In this document: piece after piece, positions 45,011-51,311 of the stretch
How the letters are laid out: every line of letters starts with the position of its first letter
Numbering within the stretch: the stretch's first letter is position 1
Assembly: GCA_903845085.1 (NCBI GenBank)
Contig: CAIMWD010000039.1
Location: 1 to 51,311, forward strand
Source of the DNA: an uncultured Acidimicrobiaceae bacterium
GTDB taxonomy: Bacteria > Actinomycetota > Acidimicrobiia > Acidimicrobiales > Bog-793
Reading direction: 5' to 3'
DNA length: 51,311 nucleotides
Notes under the pieces: generated by a model
Seen by the model: only the letters and a program-made list of their open reading frames with translations
What the model was told of the DNA's origin: nothing
Database searches by the model: none
Made by a program: the position numbers and the translations under genes

Positions 45011-45609
45011 TACGAGAGAAGAAAGAGGGCCGCAAAGAGCCCTACCCAGACGATATCGACGAAGTGCCAGTAATAGCTGATCGCTTGAAAGACTGGCGTC
45101 TCGCCCTTGTCACCCGCAGGACCCGAGAGGCGAAAGAGAAGAAAGACCATGGCGATAAGGCCAAGGAGAACGTGGAGTCCGTGCAGACCGCTCATGATGT
45201 AAAAGAGTGAACCGTAGGCGTTGGTATGAGGACGAAAGGGAAGCGTCCGCCACTCATAGGCCTGGTTTCCAAGGAACGCGGCACCGAGGATGAGCGTAAG
45301 CCAAAGCCAGGCCCGAGCCTTTTTGCGGTTTCCATGTTCCTGTGCCCAGACACCCCACTGCATTGTCGGGCTCGACGAGAGCAACACGATGGTGAAGATG
45401 AGCGCCTGAAAGGTATCCAGCTTTGTCCCCGCAGGGGGCCACACAGTTGCCGCCGACCGGATCGTAAAGAAGGCGGCGAAGAGTCCACTAAAGAACATGA
45501 ACTCTGAACCCAGCCAGATCATCACACCAACGGCAAGGAGTTGGGGCCTCTGCACGGGAGCGCCCGAAGGCGACTTGGCAGGTGGCACGCTTAGGGTCGT
45601 GTCGGTCAC
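45010..45609 (-). CDS. ctaE: cytochrome c oxidase subunit III
   Basis: 199 aa, five TM helices. 'GSLFYIMSGLHGLHVLLG', 'YYWHFVDIVWV' subunit III motifs. Confidence 0.9.
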   Translation of the reverse strand: MTDTTLSVPPAKSPSGAPVQRPQLLAVGVMIWLGSEFMFFSGLFAAFFTIRSAATVWPPAGTKLDTFQALIFTIVLLSSSPTMQWGVWAQEHGNRKKARAWLWLTLILGAAFLGNQAYEWRTLPFRPHTNAYGSLFYIMSGLHGLHVLLGLIAMVFLLFRLSGPAGDKGETPVFQAISYYWHFVDIVWVGLFAALFLLS

Positions 45610-45733
45610 GCCCTATTTCTTAGCCGAAAAGTAATGGTTCTCGCCAAACGGCGTTACCCTGCCCCCAAAAGGGCCCGTCAGCGCACCCGCCAACCCCTCG
45701 GGAGCGAGCCTGTGAAGGCGGTAGCGTTAGGGA

Positions 45734-46771
45734 GTGAATCCCCCCGAACCCCCACTACTTGTCGCCGCTCGTGGCGATATTCCGTCGCAGGTTCCCGTCT
45801 GGTTCATGCGCCAGGCGGGTCGGTCACTTCCCGAATATCGTGCGCTTCGCGCCAATGAATCGATTCTCGAGGCCATTCAGCGGCCAGATCTTGCCGCGGA
45901 GATCACCCTGCAGCCGGTGCGCCGCTACGGCGTCGACGCGGCGATCCTCTTCTCCGACATCGTCGTCCCCGTCGCCGCGATCGGTGTCGGTGTCGAGATT
46001 GTGCCAGGACGAGGTCCCGTTATCGCCGAACCCTTTCGTGGCGCCAGCGACCTTCTACGGCTGCGTCCCCTCATCCCTGAGGAGGACACGCCCTACGTGC
46101 TGGAGACGATCGCGATCGCAAAACGAGAGCTCAACGTCCCGCTCATTGGATTCGCCGGAGCGCCCTTTACCGTTGCGAGCTATCTCATCGAGGGTGGGCC
46201 CAGCCGTACATTTACGCGGACCAAGGCACTCATGTACAACGATGAACCAACCTGGTTTGCCCTCATGGAGGCGCTCGCTGAGATCGCTCTCGCCTCCCTC
46301 AGATCTCAGGTCGCCGCGGGTGTCGACGCGATCCAGCTCTTCGATTCGTGGGCGGGAGCGTTGAGCCGTCGCGACTACGCCCGATATGTCCTTCCCGCAT
46401 CCCGGCATGTGCTCGAGGGGATCGGCGCTACCGGTACGCCACGGATCCACTTTGGTGTTGGCACCGGAGAGCTCCTCGAACTTATGGCGGGAGCAGGTAC
46501 TGACGTCATCGGCGTCGATTGGCGCACCTCGCTCGCCGATGCCTCACCGCGGGTCGGCAGGGGTTACTGCCTCCAGGGAAACCTCGATCCTGCGGTCGTG
46601 CTCGCCGGCGTTGCCGCAACGCACCGCGAGGCCGCCCGCATCCTCCAGGAGGGTGCAGATCACGGTCCACATATCTTCAATCTGGGACATGGCGTCCTTC
46701 CAGAGACCGACCCCGGCGTGCTCACTGACCTCGTGGAGTTCGTCCACAACTTTGCACGAGCCGCGACGTGA
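45734..46771 (+). CDS. hemE: uroporphyrinogen decarboxylase
   Basis: 'VPVWFMRQAGRSLPEYR', 'DAAILFSDI', 'IQLFDSWAG', 'HIFNLGHG'. GTG start. Confidence 0.93.
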   Translation: MNPPEPPLLVAARGDIPSQVPVWFMRQAGRSLPEYRALRANESILEAIQRPDLAAEITLQPVRRYGVDAAILFSDIVVPVAAIGVGVEIVPGRGPVIAEPFRGASDLLRLRPLIPEEDTPYVLETIAIAKRELNVPLIGFAGAPFTVASYLIEGGPSRTFTRTKALMYNDEPTWFALMEALAEIALASLRSQVAAGVDAIQLFDSWAGALSRRDYARYVLPASRHVLEGIGATGTPRIHFGVGTGELLELMAGAGTDVIGVDWRTSLADASPRVGRGYCLQGNLDPAVVLAGVAATHREAARILQEGADHGPHIFNLGHGVLPETDPGVLTDLVEFVHNFARAAT

Positions 46772-47700
46772 GCACCGCAGTTCTCGTCATGGCCTACGGC
46801 ACCCCAACGGGTCCGGAGAATCTGCTCACCTTTTACACCGATGTGCGACGTGGCCGTCCTCCAACACCGGAGCAGCTCGCCGATCTCGCGCGACGCTACG
46901 AGGCGATCGGGGGGATCTCTCCCCTCTCTCTGCGAACTCAGGCGCAGATCGCATCGATTCAGGGTGCGCTCGACGGGCTCGCTCCCGGCGAGTTCACTAC
47001 CTACTACGGCACCAAGCACGCTGATCCAAAGATCGAGGCAACCCTTGCGGAGATCGCTGCCGCGGGCCACACACAGGTCATCGCGTTGGTACTCGCCCCA
47101 CATTTCTCGGTCCTGAGCGTTGGGGAATACCTCACCCGGGCGAAAGAGAGCGCGAAATCTCTGGGACTCACCATCGGAGTGATCGAGCGTTGGGGCGAGG
47201 ATCCGATGCTGATTGCCCTCCTCGCCGAGCGCCTTCTCGAGGCACAGGGTGCCCTTGGCATAGAGGATCCTGGAGTGGAGTATCTCTTCACCGCGCACTC
47301 ACTTCCGATCCGAATCCTCGAGATGGGTGACCGCTACCCAGAGGAGCTCGCTGCGACCGCCCGTCTTGTCGCAGAACGCCTCGCACTTCCCCACCACCGC
47401 ACTGGATGGCAGAGTGCGGGAAGAACTCCCGAACCTTGGCTCGGACCCGACCTCCTCGCCGTACTCGACGAGCTCGCCGCGCAGGGATTCAGAGGGGTCA
47501 TCGTCTGCCCCGCGGGCTTTACCTCCGACCACCTCGAGGTGCTCTACGACATTGATATTGAGGCGCAACAGCGTGCATCGTCACTCGGACTTGTGTTAGC
47601 CCGTACACGCTCACTGAATGACGACCCGGCGCTCGGTGAGCTCCTCGCGCACCGCATCCTCGCCGCGCGAGTGGCGCTCGATGACCAGACGACCAGATGA
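46768..47700 (+). CDS. hemH: ferrochelatase (coproporphyrin ferrochelatase type)
   Basis: 'VLVMAYGTP', 'LVLAPHFS', 'LFTAHSLP', 'CPAGFTSDHLEVLYDID'. ATGA-type overlaps on both sides. Confidence 0.9.
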   Translation: MSTAVLVMAYGTPTGPENLLTFYTDVRRGRPPTPEQLADLARRYEAIGGISPLSLRTQAQIASIQGALDGLAPGEFTTYYGTKHADPKIEATLAEIAAAGHTQVIALVLAPHFSVLSVGEYLTRAKESAKSLGLTIGVIERWGEDPMLIALLAERLLEAQGALGIEDPGVEYLFTAHSLPIRILEMGDRYPEELAATARLVAERLALPHHRTGWQSAGRTPEPWLGPDLLAVLDELAAQGFRGVIVCPAGFTSDHLEVLYDIDIEAQQRASSLGLVLARTRSLNDDPALGELLAHRILAARVALDDQTTR

Positions 47701-49190
47701 CGGATCATCTCGCAAAGGAAGCTACCCCGCGAGTTCTCATTGTCGGAGGTGGGATCTCTGGACTCGCCACCGCGTGGGGTCTTCGCCACGGTTCGCAGGT
47801 CACTCTGATCGAGTCTGATCAGCGCCTCGGTGGCAAGATCGCGACGACAGCGCTGAGGGGTCACCCCCTCGACCTTGGGGCCGATGCGTTCATCGTGCGC
47901 AACCCGGCAGCGCTCGAACTCTGTCACGAGCTTGGGCTCGCTGAAGCACTGATCGAGCCCAGCACAAAGGGCGCGGGTCTCTACGCGCGACGCGAGTTGC
48001 ATCCGCTTCCCACGGGCCTCAATTTCGGTGTTCCGACTGACCGACGTGCGCTCTGGAGGTCGCGCACCGTCGGCATATTCGGTCTCCTCTCCACGCTGCG
48101 CGACCGTTTCGCAATCTCGCCGGCGCTCTCGCGCGCAGCACTTTCTGAGCTTCGCGAGGGAACCAAGGATCCGACCATCGCGGAGATCTTTGGACCCCGG
48201 CTGGGAGGCAACGTACTCGCGACACTGATCGATCCATTGGTTGGTGGGATTAACGCCGGCGATGTGCAACGACTCTCGCTCTTTGCGACGATGCCCCAGA
48301 TCGCAGAGCAGATCGCCGGCAGGCGATCGCTCATGCGAGCGCTCCGTCGTGAGCGCGTTGAGGCCGCTGGAGTCGGTTCGATCTTTCGTGGCATCGATGT
48401 GGGGATGATGGGACTTGTTACCGCCCTCACCGAGGCGCTCCACCATGCCGGCGTCGCGCTCGAGACCGGCGAGTGCGCAACCAAGATCGAAAGGCGGACC
48501 GAGGGCGGTTTTCGCGTCACTACGACGAAGAGCGTCTACGACTGCGAGCGTCTCGTACTCGCGACACCTGCCTTTGTCAGCGAAAAGTTGCTGGCCCCAC
48601 TTTCGCCCGTGCTCGCCCACGAACTCGCCGATATTCCCTACGCCAGCGTGGCCACCCTCTCGATGAGCTTTCCCGCCTCCGCGATCCCTCCGTTTGTCGC
48701 GACCGATCTCGTCGACCTCATCGAATGGCGCGATGACCCAGCGACCGCGCCCCCTGAGGAGCGGCGCCTCCCGGGGAGTGGTGTGTTGATCGCGCGGAGC
48801 GCTGGCTACCTCACTACTGCAGCCTCGTTTACCTCCACAAAATGGCCCCGTTCAAGTGCGCCCGACGAGGTGGTCATCCGCGCCTCCGTTGGACGACACG
48901 GCGATGATCGGATCGCCGACCTCGACGATGATGAACTCACGCAACGGGTCCGCGAGGAATTGACGAGCATCCTTGGCATTCACGATGCGCCACTCGAAGT
49001 CATCATCCAGCGATGGCCAGACTCCTTCCCGCAGTACGTCAGCGGCCATCTCGCGCGAGTCCAGCGGATTGAGCGGCTCGCAAGCGAGATCGGTGTCGAC
49101 CTCGTTGGAGCCGCCTACTCCGGCATCGGAATCCCCTCATGCATCGCACGTGCACATCGGATCGCTCAGCAGATCCTGACCGACGAATAG
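47697..49190 (+). CDS. hemY: protoporphyrinogen/coproporphyrinogen III oxidase (HemY/CgoX, FAD)
   Basis: 'VLIVGGGISGLATAW', 'GGKI', C-terminal 'LVGAAYSGIGIPSCI'. Confidence 0.88.
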   Translation: MTDHLAKEATPRVLIVGGGISGLATAWGLRHGSQVTLIESDQRLGGKIATTALRGHPLDLGADAFIVRNPAALELCHELGLAEALIEPSTKGAGLYARRELHPLPTGLNFGVPTDRRALWRSRTVGIFGLLSTLRDRFAISPALSRAALSELREGTKDPTIAEIFGPRLGGNVLATLIDPLVGGINAGDVQRLSLFATMPQIAEQIAGRRSLMRALRRERVEAAGVGSIFRGIDVGMMGLVTALTEALHHAGVALETGECATKIERRTEGGFRVTTTKSVYDCERLVLATPAFVSEKLLAPLSPVLAHELADIPYASVATLSMSFPASAIPPFVATDLVDLIEWRDDPATAPPEERRLPGSGVLIARSAGYLTTAASFTSTKWPRSSAPDEVVIRASVGRHGDDRIADLDDDELTQRVREELTSILGIHDAPLEVIIQRWPDSFPQYVSGHLARVQRIERLASEIGVDLVGAAYSGIGIPSCIARAHRIAQQILTDE

Positions 49191-49262
49191 CAGTGCCGCG
49201 AAGCGCTCTGACCGATGTCGCGCCGAAGATAGTAACGAGACCCAGTCAGCCCTCATCGCCCA

Positions 49263-49760
49263 TTAGGGCGCAGCGACCGCCGAGGCGTGGTGATGGTGGT
49301 CGTGCTTAAAGAGCACCTTGTTGAACAGGATGAACTTTGCAATCCAGAGCACGCCATAGGTGCCAAAGTTTGCCGCCTCCACCACGAGCGTGCGCATGCC
49401 ATGGGAGAGGTGATTGGACGCATGGTCCGCGAGATGCACGATCACGGTCGAGATGATGCCCGATCCGATGGCGATCACCCAGAAGGGCACGACCTCTTTC
49501 ATGAAGTGTGACTTACCTGATTTGCCCCAAACCCAGAGTCGGTTCAGATAGTAGGAGGGGATGATCGTGAGGATCGTGGCATAGACATTGCAGAGTGTGG
49601 CACTCGCAAGCTTCAGCACACCGTAGAAGAGACCGAGGAGACCGAGGGTGAGCAGCGTAGAGATAACGGACTGCATGACGTAGCGAAAGTGCTTGGTGAA
49701 CTCGGGACCCGCGCGGTAGGTATTTATGCGAGAAATTACCGATGGTGTCGTAGGGGTCAT
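49263..49760 (-). CDS. GtrA-family small membrane protein
   Basis: Four TM segments. 'FTKHFRYVMQSVISTLL', 'NRLWVWG' GtrA-like features. His-rich tail 'KHDHHHHAS'. Start set at ATG 49760, because ATG 49787 would overlap the divergent tesB start. Confidence 0.78.
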   Translation of the reverse strand: MTPTTPSVISRINTYRAGPEFTKHFRYVMQSVISTLLTLGLLGLFYGVLKLASATLCNVYATILTIIPSYYLNRLWVWGKSGKSHFMKEVVPFWVIAIGSGIISTVIVHLADHASNHLSHGMRTLVVEAANFGTYGVLWIAKFILFNKVLFKHDHHHHASAVAAP

Positions 49761-49785
49761 GGCTCTGTACTGTACTTTCTGAGCC

Positions 49786-50631
49786 ATGACTCAGGGGATC
49801 GGGAACTTTCTGGAACTGCTCGATCTCGAGGCGATCGAGGTCAATATCTTCCGGGGGGAGAACCTCCCCGGCCGAGCACGGGTCTATGGCGGTCAGGTCG
49901 CGGCGCAGGCCCTAATGGCTGCAGGGCGCACGGTCGACCACGGTCGCGTCCACTCGCTACACGCCTACTTCCTCCGTCCAGGGGATCCGGAGATCCCCAT
50001 ACTCTTCGAGGTGGAGCGGATCCGAGATGGCCGATCCTTCGTCACCCGTCGGGTGGTGGCGATCCAGCATGGCCGACCGATCTTCACCCTCTCGTGCTCC
50101 TTTCACGATGATGAGGAGGGTCTGATGCATCAGGCTCGGGTCACCAATGTTCCCGCTCCCGAGAACCTTCCGGTGCTCGATATCCCCGACGATCGGCGCT
50201 ACGGCCCTGCCCTCTCCTACCTGGAGTCCAACGGATTTGATATTCGCTTCCTTGGCGAGCCCCCCTGGTTCGCCCGTCCTGGAACGATGACCCACGAACA
50301 GCTCTGGTTCCGAGCGGTCGAGAAACTTCCAGATGACACACTCCTTCACGCCGCGATCATGGTCTTTGTCTCCGACCTGACGCTCGTCAGCACGATCTTG
50401 ATGCGTCACAATCTCTCGCTCTTTGACACCGACTTTTTCGGCGCGAGCCTCGATCATTCGATGTGGTTCCATCGGCCACTGCGTGTCGATGAGTGGACCT
50501 TCTATGACGTGACAAGTCCGATCGCCTATGGCGCGCGGGGGATCTCCGTGGGCTCGCTCTATGACACCGAAGGCATCATCGTGGCGAGCGTTGCCCAAGA
50601 GGGTCTCGTACGCATAGGGGAGGAGCCATGA
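49786..50631 (+). CDS. tesB: acyl-CoA thioesterase II
   Basis: 'LELLDLEAIEVNIFRG ... RVYGGQVAAQAL', 'DGRSFVTRRVVAIQHGRPIF', 'SLDHSMWFH' double hot-dog TesB pattern. Confidence 0.88.
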   Translation: MTQGIGNFLELLDLEAIEVNIFRGENLPGRARVYGGQVAAQALMAAGRTVDHGRVHSLHAYFLRPGDPEIPILFEVERIRDGRSFVTRRVVAIQHGRPIFTLSCSFHDDEEGLMHQARVTNVPAPENLPVLDIPDDRRYGPALSYLESNGFDIRFLGEPPWFARPGTMTHEQLWFRAVEKLPDDTLLHAAIMVFVSDLTLVSTILMRHNLSLFDTDFFGASLDHSMWFHRPLRVDEWTFYDVTSPIAYGARGISVGSLYDTEGIIVASVAQEGLVRIGEEP

Positions 50632-50744
50632 TCGCGGCCACCTCTACCCTCGCTGGCGAGATCGTCTTCGGTATCTTCGTCGCGGCGATGCTCGTACTTG
50701 CCGGATTCGTCATCCGATTCGCGCGCAGATCTCGGCGCCGTTGA
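50628..50744 (+). CDS. candidate 38-aa single-TM peptide coupled to tesB
   Basis: ATG 50628 forms ATGA with the tesB stop. GGGGAGGAG at 50617-50625. Peptide 'MIAATSTLAGEIVFGIFVAAMLVLAGFVIRFARRSRRR'. Not in the supplied ORF track, which lists nothing under 60 aa. Confidence 0.35.
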   Translation: MIAATSTLAGEIVFGIFVAAMLVLAGFVIRFARRSRRR

Positions 50745-50801
50745 CGGTTATCGCCGTATCTGCGGAATCACGGTTCTCGCGATACTCCAACGAGGGAGAC
50801 C

Positions 50802-51200
50802 TCAGTGGCGCGAAAGCCCTCCATGACGGCTCTCAGAGATAACGCCGAAGACCGCAAAGACGAAGGTCGCAAGACCAACGATGGCACTCCAGAGACCGAA
50901 GATCAGTGAGAGACCGATCATCAGCGCACTCATACCAATTACGAAGGGCCAGATGCTAGAGCTCGGGAAGGCTGCGACCTCACCCGCACCATCGGCCTGC
51001 AGCGCGTTCGGATTATCCTCCGCACGTGGCGTCATCCGTCGTGACCACCAGAGGAGATAACTCCCCGGTAGCGCGGCGAGGGGGATGGTCGCGGTCAGCA
51101 TGACACTGCCGCTCGTCTCCTTGGAGAGGAACCAATAAAGGAGAGTCGCGACAACCCCAAAGGAAGAGAGGAAGAGAAGAAAATACGACTCGGTCTTCAT
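50802..51200 (-). CDS. ctaF: cytochrome c oxidase subunit IV (actinobacterial CtaF)
   Basis: 132 aa, four TM helices. ATGA overlap with the ctaD stop. 'YFLLFLSSFGVVATLLYW' N-terminus typical of CtaF. Confidence 0.82.
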   Translation of the reverse strand: MKTESYFLLFLSSFGVVATLLYWFLSKETSGSVMLTATIPLAALPGSYLLWWSRRMTPRAEDNPNALQADGAGEVAAFPSSSIWPFVIGMSALMIGLSLIFGLWSAIVGLATFVFAVFGVISESRHGGLSRH

Positions 51201-51310
51201 TCGCTCTCCTTAACATCAGCACCGCGGTGAAGTGACTCGTGATACGCCTTCGTCGTGTGCTCTGGGTGGTTGAAGTCCCAGAGCGGACGCTCTGAGCGGA
51301 TCGGTGGGAT
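51197..51310 (-). CDS. ctaD: cytochrome c oxidase subunit I, C-terminal end (rest outside window)
   Basis: Reverse-strand translation 'IPPIRSERPLWDFNHPEHTTKAYHESLHRGADVKESE*', the CtaD C-terminal 'PxIRSERP' tail. Followed by ctaF. Confidence 0.8.
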   Translation of the reverse strand: MPPIRSERPLWDFNHPEHTTKAYHESLHRGADVKESE

Positions 51311-51311
51311 C

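Noticed and set aside
1-51311. CRISPR arrays, IS elements, toxin-antitoxin pairs and known defence-system signatures.
   Set aside because: Scanning the intergenic regions and the ORF track turned up no regularly spaced direct repeats and no transposase, integrase or nuclease/ATPase defence-type ORFs. The only tandem repeats are the 20-nt duplication (641-680) and the Thr-codon repeat (38927-38962).

Overview
High-GC chromosomal segment of actinobacterial type, judged from gene content: qcrCAB-ctaE, ctaD-ctaF, dprE1/dprE2, an rsrA-type anti-sigma factor and the tilS-hpt-fol block. I call about 55 protein genes and 3 tRNAs. I saw no rRNA, CRISPR array, IS element, integrase or recognisable defence island. 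Nearly all of the window is core housekeeping, and many genes are joined by 1-8 nt start/stop overlaps.

Gene order, left to right:
- Polyprenyl synthase (partial at the window edge).
- Minus-strand block lysS-coaX-nadC, a 182-nt gap, then panC-folK-folB-X-folP-folE-hpt-tilS-metalloprotease.
- SigR/SigH-type ECF sigma factor with a ZAS anti-sigma factor.
- DHA2 MFS transporter and a flavin monooxygenase.
- ahcY.
- SufS-like PLP enzyme coupled to a TRAM / Fe-S RNA methyltransferase.
- Oversized TctA permease.
- FAD-oxidoreductase / DUF1365 / CFA-synthase-like operon, with divergent SRPBCC and SDR genes.
- tRNA-Thr, an orphan ORF and cspA.
- YfhO-like GT-C membrane protein, lepB and a class III aminotransferase.
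- Four-gene decaprenyl-phospho-arabinose (DPA) operon.
- tRNA-Ser, pheA, a Thr-rich anchored protein and tRNA-Thr.
- YCII/DGPF gene plus a frameshifted ECF42-type sigma gene.
- qcrB-qcrA-qcrC-ctaE.
- hemE-hemH-hemY, gtrA-like, tesB, ctaF and the ctaD 3' end.

Candidates I consider most worth follow-up:
1. A phosphatase-fold ORF with a destroyed P-loop, embedded by translational coupling between folP and folB.
2. A UfaD/UfaO/UfaM-like fatty-acid modification cluster with extra SRPBCC and SDR genes.
3. A DPA operon led by a phosphodiester-glycosidase-like ectoprotein, with no PAP2 phosphatase in the operon.
4. An ECF42 sigma gene broken by a single-base frameshift.

All functional calls come from reading motifs by eye. 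No searches were run.
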